64,000 nucleotides of DNA from Bythopirellula sp. (lineage in GTDB: Bacteria > Planctomycetota > Planctomycetia > Pirellulales > Lacipirellulaceae): the NCBI GenBank assembly GCA_965216565.1, contig OZ244170.1, positions 256,001 to 320,000 on the forward strand, given 5' to 3'. Both the position numbers and the translations under genes were made by a program. The notes beneath the pieces were generated by a model. The model saw only the letters and a program-made list of their open reading frames with translations, was not told the origin of the DNA and did no database searches. This document shows positions 8,164 through 15,952 of the stretch, one piece after another (the stretch's first letter is position 1; every line of letters starts with the position of its first letter).

Positions 8164-9900
8164 ATGCCTTACCCAGAACAGAGCAGCTTTAGACGTTGGA
8201 TTCTCAACCAGCAATTCTTTGCTTTGATGTTGCTGACGATATGGCTTGTGGCCCCTGTCGAAATGACCAAGGCATCTGAACCGCCATTGCAGACAATTAC
8301 TTTTCAGCCCAGCACGGCAGACTTCCTCAATCCAGAGCGCGGATTCTTTCAATTTACTGATCTGACCAATCCGTGGAGCTACGGCTCAATTCGATCTCAG
8401 GGGCAAACGCTCGTATACGGTCGTATCTTGGCGGATAACTTTCGCACTGGCCCTTTCAGTCAATCTTTTCTCAACCAGATTCAGTCCGGCTTTGATGCCG
8501 CTCGAATTCATGGCATCAAAGTAAAGCCACGCGTGGCTTACAACGATGATGGCGGAGCAGATGCACCAAAGTCAGTCATCCTGAATCACATTCAGCAGCT
8601 CAAGCCGCTTTGGGAAGCCAATAAAGATGTGATCTATCACATGGATGCAGGTTTCATTGGTGGCTGGGGCGAGTGGCATAGCTCTTCCAATGGACTCGAT
8701 AACAATGCTGATCGAACTGAAATCCTGAATGCCATTCTCGACGCCTTGCCATCAGACCGCATGGTGGGAATTCGTACGCCTCATTTCAAGCGGGAGATAT
8801 TCAATGGGGCACCGGGAGACGATTCCCTGAAGATCACATCGGCTAATGCCTTCGACGAGTCTAACCTAACCCGCGTGGGACATCTAAACGATTGCTTCCT
8901 TGCATCCTCTAGTGACTTCGGGACATACGTTACCCCGGGGTGGTCACGGCAGGACGAGATCAACTATATCGGAGGTGAGAGCGAGTTTTCACCTCACGGG
9001 GGCGAGACGTGTAGCCCAAGTGCATTCTCGACTGGTACTAACGCAATCGCTGAAATGACTCAGTTGCACACGGACTATTTGAATATTAATTACCACCCCA
9101 CCGTCATTCAAAGCTGGGAAAATGATGGAAATACATCGGGGGGTTTCGACGACAGCTTCGAAGAAATTAGCCGACGGTTAGGATATCGCTACGAATTGCA
9201 GACAGCAGGATTGCCGGATGCTGTGAAGCCAAGCGGACTTTTAGAAATAGAATTCACGATCGATAACGTAGGATTTGGAGAACTCTTCAATCCGCGGAGT
9301 ATAGAGATTACTCTTGAAAACAATTCGACTGGCGAACTTTTCTCAGCGACTCTGCAGGCCGACCCTAGATTTTGGAGTGGTGGTTCTAGCAATCAGGTAG
9401 GGGCTTTTTTGAGTGTGCCTAAGGACATGGAAGAAGGGACATATACCGTCGGCATAAGAATGGCCGATAACGAAAGCTCGATTGAGGGGGATGTCCGATA
9501 TTCCATCCGATTTGCGAATGACGGCGTTTGGGATAGTAGCGAAGGGATCAATGTTCTCAAGACCGACTTGCAGATCTCCCACAGTGCGTTAGGCACTAGC
9601 TATCAGTTGGGCGAGGAGTTTGAAGAAGTGAGTGATCCATCGGCACTTCTGTTGGCAGGTGATTTCGATGCTAATGGTACAGTGGACGGGGCTGATTTTC
9701 TGGAATGGCAAAACGGATATGGAGTTTCCTACAATTCTACTGACCTGGTTCACTGGCAAGCGAATTATGGCCAAAGTTCAGGCATCGTTGCTAGCGCTAC
9801 TTTAGTACCCGAACCTGGCACTGTCTCATTATTCTGCTTAGCGTTCATGGCATCACTGATACCGAGGAACCAAAGGTTCACTGCTGAATTCAACGCTTAG
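8164..9900 (+). CDS. DUF4874/DUF4832 putative glycoside hydrolase with dockerin-like module and PEP-CTERM anchor
   Basis: NPERGFF, GFIGGWGEWHSS, IRTP, RVGHLNDCFLA..DFGTY, HGGETC, RRLGYRY; GDFDANGTVDGADFLEWQ; VPEPGT plus TM. Confidence 0.85.
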   Translation: MPYPEQSSFRRWILNQQFFALMLLTIWLVAPVEMTKASEPPLQTITFQPSTADFLNPERGFFQFTDLTNPWSYGSIRSQGQTLVYGRILADNFRTGPFSQSFLNQIQSGFDAARIHGIKVKPRVAYNDDGGADAPKSVILNHIQQLKPLWEANKDVIYHMDAGFIGGWGEWHSSSNGLDNNADRTEILNAILDALPSDRMVGIRTPHFKREIFNGAPGDDSLKITSANAFDESNLTRVGHLNDCFLASSSDFGTYVTPGWSRQDEINYIGGESEFSPHGGETCSPSAFSTGTNAIAEMTQLHTDYLNINYHPTVIQSWENDGNTSGGFDDSFEEISRRLGYRYELQTAGLPDAVKPSGLLEIEFTIDNVGFGELFNPRSIEITLENNSTGELFSATLQADPRFWSGGSSNQVGAFLSVPKDMEEGTYTVGIRMADNESSIEGDVRYSIRFANDGVWDSSEGINVLKTDLQISHSALGTSYQLGEEFEEVSDPSALLLAGDFDANGTVDGADFLEWQNGYGVSYNSTDLVHWQANYGQSSGIVASATLVPEPGTVSLFCLAFMASLIPRNQRFTAEFNA

Positions 9901-9962
9901 TAGACTTTTCCTCGCCAGAGTTTCACATTCCAGATCGGGATGACGTAGTTAGCACAACTCAC

Positions 9963-11126
9963 ATGAAAAAACAGAGGCTATCTAGGTTCATGGGTCGCGA
10001 ATGGAGCACATGCCTCGCATTTGCTCTTGCTGTATTATTTCTAGTAGATAATGCATCTGCTGATTTGGACGTCCTGGTACCTGCCTACTTCTATCCCGTC
10101 AACAACAGCCCCTGGGACGATCTGAACGACGCTGCATCCCAGGTTGAAATTACGGCGATCATGAACCCTGGAAGTGGCCCCGGGAATTCTCAGGATACTA
10201 ACTACGTGAATGCAGTCGACAGCCTTCGCTCGGCTGGAGGGCTAGTAATTGGTTATGTTCACACGTCGTTTGGCACACGGGATCTGAATACGGTGCTTAG
10301 CGAAATCGATGACTACGACAATTGGTACAACATTGATGGGATCTTTGTCGACGAAATGGCAAATAGCGGTCCAGCCGAAAGACTGAATTACTATCGAGAC
10401 ATCTACAACCACGTCAAATCCATTGACCCCAATTGGACGGTCGTCGGTAACCCTGGCACAGACACTCTCGAGCAGTATCTTACTTGGCCCACGGCCGATC
10501 AATTTGTGATATTTGAAGACTTCGGCTCCGCTTACGCCGGTGATACTACTCCAAGTTGGGTGTCCGATTACGAGCGCACTCAATTTGCGCATCTCATCCA
10601 CAGTGAGTCTTCTAATGTAACAATGCAAAGCAATTTAGAATTGGCCGTCACTCGCAACGCCGGTTCGGTCTACATTACCAACGATGTATTGAACAACCCT
10701 TGGGATACATTGCCTTCCTATTGGCAAGCACAAATCGATGCGATCGAGTTGTTCAACAACTCTATTCTAGATGCAGATTTCAATGAAAATGGTACTGTGG
10801 ATAACTTAGATCTAGCCCTCTGGAGCAATGGATATGGGATTTCTAATGACGCAAGCAAATATCAGGGGGATGCGAACGGTGACGGCGTAGTCGATGGAAG
10901 AGACTTCTTGCAGTGGCAACAAGACTACGGAGAAACAGCTCTTTTTGCTGGACACTCAGCGAGTGTGGGAAACCAAGCCAGCGCACAAAGCCTGCCAGAA
11001 CCAAATTGTGCGCAGTTACTAGCTCTCAGTGTGTTCATTTTTAGCATTGTTCTCAGGAGTACTCCTGCGAGTTCTAAACGTGAAGTAGATTTTCGCACCT
11101 CTAATGAGGGCAGACTTCACCAATGA
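9963..11126 (+). CDS. Spherulation-specific family 4 (Sph3-like, GH135) alpha-1,4-N-acetylgalactosaminidase with dockerin-like repeats and PEP-CTERM
   Basis: LVPAYFYP, IMNPGSGPG, VIGYVHT, IDGIFVDEM, VVGNPGT, VIFED and NPWDTLPSYW match the Spherulin4 family. Two DxNxDGxVDxxD repeats and LPEP plus TM. Confidence 0.9.
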   Translation: MKKQRLSRFMGREWSTCLAFALAVLFLVDNASADLDVLVPAYFYPVNNSPWDDLNDAASQVEITAIMNPGSGPGNSQDTNYVNAVDSLRSAGGLVIGYVHTSFGTRDLNTVLSEIDDYDNWYNIDGIFVDEMANSGPAERLNYYRDIYNHVKSIDPNWTVVGNPGTDTLEQYLTWPTADQFVIFEDFGSAYAGDTTPSWVSDYERTQFAHLIHSESSNVTMQSNLELAVTRNAGSVYITNDVLNNPWDTLPSYWQAQIDAIELFNNSILDADFNENGTVDNLDLALWSNGYGISNDASKYQGDANGDGVVDGRDFLQWQQDYGETALFAGHSASVGNQASAQSLPEPNCAQLLALSVFIFSIVLRSTPASSKREVDFRTSNEGRLHQ

Positions 11127-12145
11127 ATGCCATACGTGTTGTGTTCCCCCGTTTGTTGTTTCGAATACTAGCCTTGGTACGATCAATATTTGTTGCTGTT
11201 TGCATAGTTGTTGTTCTTTCAAAATCAGCAATTACAGCACAGAATTCTTTTCTAGACGTTGAAAGTTGGGGATATCAACTCACCGGTTATGACAAACAGA
11301 GTTTCGACCAGCTTGTTAGAGCTCCGTTGGATTTACTCGTAATTGACTTAGCCCGCGATGGAAATGAAGACTTTTTCTCGGCTGCCGACATTCGCTCGTT
11401 AAAGTCTCAAGGGAAATTTGTTCTTGCCTATTTTGAAATCGGTGCCATCGAACAATATCGCCCCGAGTGGCCGGCAGTGCCTGCTGAGCTGAAAGCAGGC
11501 CCGGTAGATGGCTGGCCTAAAGAGCAATATGTGAAGTACTGGGATCCGCGCTGGTGGCCCATCGTTCGCGGCAGAATAGATCGTTCGCTCGAAGCTAAAT
11601 TCGACGGCGTATTCCTTGACCTAATCACCGCTTATGACGAGATCCCGTTGAGCGTTCCACCTAAGGAAGAACGGGCAACACGCATGGTTGATCTGCTAGT
11701 TCGTATTTCTCGGTATGCTCGTCAGAAAAACAGCGGATTCAAGATCGTTGCTCAAAACTGTCCGGAACTTGCAACCTGGTCATTTTGGACACCCCGTACA
11801 AATCACGACTATCTGAATGCTATTGATGGCATTGCACTGGAAAGTCCTTTCTACCTAGCTCATGACAAGCCTTGTGATGCATCTTGGTGCGAGGAGAATC
11901 GAAGAAATGCTAAAACTATCAAGGAACACGGCAAACTGCTCCTTGGCGTTGACTATGCAAAAAAGCAGTCCGCAATAGAGAATTCTTATTCCATTCAAAT
12001 CCAAGAGGGATTCGTTCCATTTATTGGAGAACGAAACCTCGATGGTTTCTCTAATGGGTTTTTAGATATTGCACAGTCCCGATCAGTAACTACTCGCGCT
12101 GTTGGTGGTAAGTCTTCCAGTAGCTCCTTAGAAACCGCTAAATGA
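11123..12145 (+). CDS. Endo-alpha-1,4-polygalactosaminidase-like hydrolase (Glyco_hydro_114 clan, TM1410/MJ1477/GH166-type)
   Basis: WGYQL, DLLVID, VLAYFEIGAIEQYRPEW, W..E.YV.YW...W, FDGVFLD, AQN, DGIALES, GVDYA. Signal peptide. ATGA overlap with the upstream gene. Confidence 0.85.
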   Translation: MNAIRVVFPRLLFRILALVRSIFVAVCIVVVLSKSAITAQNSFLDVESWGYQLTGYDKQSFDQLVRAPLDLLVIDLARDGNEDFFSAADIRSLKSQGKFVLAYFEIGAIEQYRPEWPAVPAELKAGPVDGWPKEQYVKYWDPRWWPIVRGRIDRSLEAKFDGVFLDLITAYDEIPLSVPPKEERATRMVDLLVRISRYARQKNSGFKIVAQNCPELATWSFWTPRTNHDYLNAIDGIALESPFYLAHDKPCDASWCEENRRNAKTIKEHGKLLLGVDYAKKQSAIENSYSIQIQEGFVPFIGERNLDGFSNGFLDIAQSRSVTTRAVGGKSSSSSLETAK

Positions 12146-12324
12146 AAATAGAATAAGATGCTGGTAAGAAACAACTTCAATCGCAGATTGCAACGAGAGA
12201 CTTCTTTCTTAGCTAACTATGAATAATACTAGTGTGTCCTAAGTACAATCAGTAGTTTGTCCATTTATTCAAATGAATGAGAGATTAGCCGAGGCGAAGA
12301 TAAGCAACATGAGGAAGCATTCAT

Positions 12325-13368
12325 ATGGTTAAGGTAGGTATTGCTGGAATTGGTTTCATGGGAATGGTGCATTACCTGTCTTACCAAAAGTTGCGGGGCG
12401 TCCAGGTCGTTGCCATCTGTGAAAAGGACAAGGAACGATTAAGCGGTGACTGGCGGAGTATAAAGGGAAACTTTGGTCCAGCGGGAAGAAAAACAGATCT
12501 CTCTAATGTCAAACGATATTCGTCACTCAATGACCTTATAGCTGATCCAGATATCGATCTAATCGACATCACTCTGCCGCCTTCGCTACATGCAGATACT
12601 GCCGTAAATGCACTGCGATCTGGCAAGCATGTATTTTGCGAAAAGCCGATGGCACTCAACCCTCGTGACTGCAAACGCATGAGCACTGAGGCGAAAAAGG
12701 CTGGCAAGTTGCTCATGATTGGTCACGTCCTGCCTTTCTTTCCGGAATATGCCTGGGCACTCAATGAGCAGAAGCGCAATAGGTTTGGCCGTCTCTTGGG
12801 AGGAAGTTTCAAGAGAGTCATCTCCGATCCTACCTGGCTCAAACACTACTGGTCACCGAGTAAGGTCGGTGGCCCCATGCTCGACTTGCACATTCACGAT
12901 GCACACTTTATCCGCCTATTCTTTGGCAACCCTCAGAAGGTGACAAGTCGAGGTCGGCTTCGGAGGGGCGTTGCTGAACACTGGCATTCTCAGTTCGACT
13001 ATGGGGTTAAGGGGCCATTGGTTCAGGCCACAAGCGGTACGATTTCGCAACAAGGCCGAGGATTTGATCACGCGTTTGAAATTCACTTTGAAAAAGCAAC
13101 CCTAATGTTTGAATTTGCAACAATCGGCAAAGAGGCCGGCTATCTTTGTCCACCAACGATACTAACAAGTGATGGCAAAGTGAAGCGACCGGCGTTGGGA
13201 TCGGGTGACCCTATGTTAGTGTTCCAATCCGAACTTAAAGAAGTAGCTAAGTGTATTCGTAACAATACAGACTCTGACGTTCTTAACAGTGGGCTCGCAG
13301 CCGATGCGGTTCAGATTTGTCAGAAACAGACGGAGAGTTTGCTTAAGAGGCGTTTTATCACGATTTGA
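12325..13368 (+). CDS. Gfo/Idh/MocA family NAD-dependent sugar oxidoreductase (cytoplasmic)
   Basis: VGIAGIGFMG Rossmann motif, GKHVFCEKPMA, GGPMLDLHIHD. No signal peptide. Confidence 0.92.
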   Translation: MVKVGIAGIGFMGMVHYLSYQKLRGVQVVAICEKDKERLSGDWRSIKGNFGPAGRKTDLSNVKRYSSLNDLIADPDIDLIDITLPPSLHADTAVNALRSGKHVFCEKPMALNPRDCKRMSTEAKKAGKLLMIGHVLPFFPEYAWALNEQKRNRFGRLLGGSFKRVISDPTWLKHYWSPSKVGGPMLDLHIHDAHFIRLFFGNPQKVTSRGRLRRGVAEHWHSQFDYGVKGPLVQATSGTISQQGRGFDHAFEIHFEKATLMFEFATIGKEAGYLCPPTILTSDGKVKRPALGSGDPMLVFQSELKEVAKCIRNNTDSDVLNSGLAADAVQICQKQTESLLKRRFITI

Positions 13369-13479
13369 ATGACATCGCGACAACCATGTGGACCAGATTA
13401 CTTCTTGCAAATTCGAAGAAGAATTTCTATTTGCACCAAACACCTGAACCGTTGACAGCGACTTTGGGAACCAAGTTTT

Positions 13480-13495
13480 TGGCACATTTTTCGCA
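13480..13495 (+). promoter_or_regulatory. Possible sigma54 -24/-12 element upstream of GH109
   Basis: TGGCAC-ATTTT-TCGCA has correct GG-N10-GC spacing. It lies very close to the start codons at 13499 and 13508. Confidence 0.3.
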
Positions 13496-13498
13496 GAG

Positions 13499-14923
13499 AT
13501 GAAAACTATGAATAATCATACTGGCAATGAAAACTCCGAATCCCTCGGCCGTCGCGAATTGCTTAAACTGCCTGCCCTCGGCGCTGGACTAGTGGCAGCA
13601 GGCGGTATTGCTGCTTTGGCCAAGGAGAATAATGGACGTGACTCCACCACGTTGCGACAACGAAAGATGCCCGCTCCACCTGCTCAACCTCTCTCATGCC
13701 CGCCGATCGATGAGATACGAATAGGGTTTGTGGGCGTCGGAGGCATGGGCACGAATCACGTACGTAATCTTGTTCAGGTACCTAATGCCGTCATCAAAGC
13801 AGTTTGTGATATCAGACCCGCTCATGCAGAACGGGCAAAACAGATTGTTACCGAGGCTGGGTTTCCTGAGCCGACTCTTTACACCAATGGTGAGCGCGAC
13901 TACGAGAGAATGTGCGCCGAAGAGGATCTCGATCTAGTTTTTACCGCAACTCCTTGGCGCTGGCATGTCCCAGTGTGTGTTGCAGCTATGGTCAATGGCA
14001 AGCACGCAGCTACGGAAGTCACTGCATCACTATCGATAGAAGGTTGTTGGGAGTTAGTAGAGACGGCCGAAAAGCAAGAGAAGCACTGCGTAATGATGGA
14101 GAATTGCAACTACGGACAGTGGGAAATGATGCTTCTGAACATGAGTAGGCAAGGTGTCCTTGGTGATATTCTGCACGCAGAATGCGGCTACCTGCATGAC
14201 TTGAGAGCAATCAAGTTTAGTGACGAGGGCGAAGGCTTATGGCGACGAGAATACTCTAAAACTCACAATTGCAATCTTTATCCCACCCATGGCCTCGGTC
14301 CGGTTGGGCAATGCATGGATATCAACCGAGGCGATCGCTTCGACTATGTGGTTTCAATGAGCAGTCCGTCGCGTGGATTACAGAATTGGGCAGAGGAACA
14401 CTTCCCCGCAGGGCATAACGTTCGTTCAGAAGAATACGAGCTGGGGGATGTGAATGTTAGTTTGATCAAAACTGCCAAAGGCCGGACCATTTACTTGAAC
14501 CACGACACGAATCTGCCACGGCCCTACAGTCGAATAAATATACTTCAAGGCACTAAGGGCATTTTCGAAGGATATCCAAACCGATGTCATGTAGAAGGGA
14601 TTAGCGAGCCTCATGAGTGGGAATCTGGAGAAAAGTTCCTTGCGGAGTATGAGCATCCGCTTTGGCAGAAGTTCAAAGACAAGAGCACAGGCGCTGCACA
14701 CGGGAACATGGACTATTTGGAATCCTATCGGCTCATTGAATGCTTGCACAATGGCTGGCCGACTGATATGAACGTCTATGATGCCGCTTCATTGAGTGCA
14801 GTTGTAGAGCTGACAAAACGATCGGTAGCCCAAGGAAGCAAGCCTATAGAATTCCCTGACTTCACCCGCGATCGATGGAAAACTTGGCAACCTGTAGAAA
14901 TAGAAGCACCGACTTCTGCTTAA
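13499..14923 (+). CDS. GH109 NAD+-dependent alpha-N-acetylgalactosaminidase, Tat-exported
   Basis: Twin-arginine GRRELLK signal; IGFVGVGGMG, ATPWRWH, KHAATEV, MMENCNY, GYLHDLR, LYPTHGLGP, PRPYSR, HGNMDY, PDFTR. Confidence 0.92.
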   Translation: MKTMNNHTGNENSESLGRRELLKLPALGAGLVAAGGIAALAKENNGRDSTTLRQRKMPAPPAQPLSCPPIDEIRIGFVGVGGMGTNHVRNLVQVPNAVIKAVCDIRPAHAERAKQIVTEAGFPEPTLYTNGERDYERMCAEEDLDLVFTATPWRWHVPVCVAAMVNGKHAATEVTASLSIEGCWELVETAEKQEKHCVMMENCNYGQWEMMLLNMSRQGVLGDILHAECGYLHDLRAIKFSDEGEGLWRREYSKTHNCNLYPTHGLGPVGQCMDINRGDRFDYVVSMSSPSRGLQNWAEEHFPAGHNVRSEEYELGDVNVSLIKTAKGRTIYLNHDTNLPRPYSRINILQGTKGIFEGYPNRCHVEGISEPHEWESGEKFLAEYEHPLWQKFKDKSTGAAHGNMDYLESYRLIECLHNGWPTDMNVYDAASLSAVVELTKRSVAQGSKPIEFPDFTRDRWKTWQPVEIEAPTSA

Positions 14924-15051
14924 AAACACACTTCTTCGTCCTAAGAAACGATTCGAATTGAGATAAGATCGAGATCTATGCATGGATCATCTGATGCAGA
15001 TAGGTTCCGTGTCTAGCATTATTAGAGACTTTGTTTTGGGGAATTGAAGCC

Positions 15052-15909
15052 ATGATTAAATCGATTAGTTACTGGTCAATGAAAGATGGCCTTGCTGGGA
15101 CTCATCCCATTAGCGATGCCTTGCAGCAGGCAAAGTCCTCGGGATTCGAGGGATTGGAACTTTGCATTGGGGTCGATGGGGTTCTCACCCCAGCTACAAG
15201 TCAAGAAGAATGCGAGGAGATCCGTGACCAGATTGAGCAAAGTGGATTGATCGTTGAAACTCTCGCTAGTGGCATGAGTTGGGCATTCAACCCCACTAGT
15301 GATGATCCCGATGTGCGACAGCAGGCAATTGCGATCCACCAAGCAGCGTTGCGGCGAGCAGCTTGGCTCGGTTGTCAAGCGATGTTGTTTGTGCCGGGTG
15401 TGGTTTGTAGTCCGATCGTCCCCGACGAGCGTATTAGATATGATGTCGCAGTTGATCGAGCCCGAGATGCTGTAAGCCAGCTATTGGAAGTCGCCGAAGA
15501 AGTCCAGGTAGATCTATGCGTTGAAAATGTATGGAACGGGTTGTTCTATTCTCCCCTGGAACTCTCAACATTTATTCGATCATTCAAGACTGATCGTCTG
15601 GGTGTGTATTTCGACGTTGGCAATGTCTTGGGGTATCACCAATACCCTCCACATTGGGTTGAATTACTAGGGACACTCATCAAACGGGTACATGTCAAAG
15701 ATTTCCAAGACAAGTTTGATTGGATTGGCGAATACTCCTTCTGTGGGCTCGGGCAAGGCGATGTTCCTTGGGAGGCAACGATGCAAAGCCTGCAACAGAT
15801 TGGATACGATAGCACGGTTGTTGCGGAAATGCTTCCCTACAGTGAAGGGCTGCTTGAAGAGACAAGCCAAGCATTGGATAAGATTCTAGGCATCGAGTCT
15901 GTCGCTTAG
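15052..15909 (+). CDS. Xylose-isomerase-like TIM-barrel sugar (phosphate) isomerase/epimerase (AP_endonuc_2 family)
   Basis: GFEGLEL, CVENVWN, YFDVGN, VHVKDF, G.GDVPW, VAEM metal-binding pattern. Start placed at ATG 15052. Confidence 0.9.
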   Translation: MIKSISYWSMKDGLAGTHPISDALQQAKSSGFEGLELCIGVDGVLTPATSQEECEEIRDQIEQSGLIVETLASGMSWAFNPTSDDPDVRQQAIAIHQAALRRAAWLGCQAMLFVPGVVCSPIVPDERIRYDVAVDRARDAVSQLLEVAEEVQVDLCVENVWNGLFYSPLELSTFIRSFKTDRLGVYFDVGNVLGYHQYPPHWVELLGTLIKRVHVKDFQDKFDWIGEYSFCGLGQGDVPWEATMQSLQQIGYDSTVVAEMLPYSEGLLEETSQALDKILGIESVA

Positions 15910-15952
15910 AGTTATTCGGCAATCAATAAGAAAAGGATGCGACGGCTTAAGC

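Noticed and set aside
9963..12145. Pel/GAG biosynthesis operon
   Set aside because: No glycosyltransferase, deacetylase, UDP-sugar epimerase or export genes are in the window. The exo-glycosidase and importer point to catabolism.
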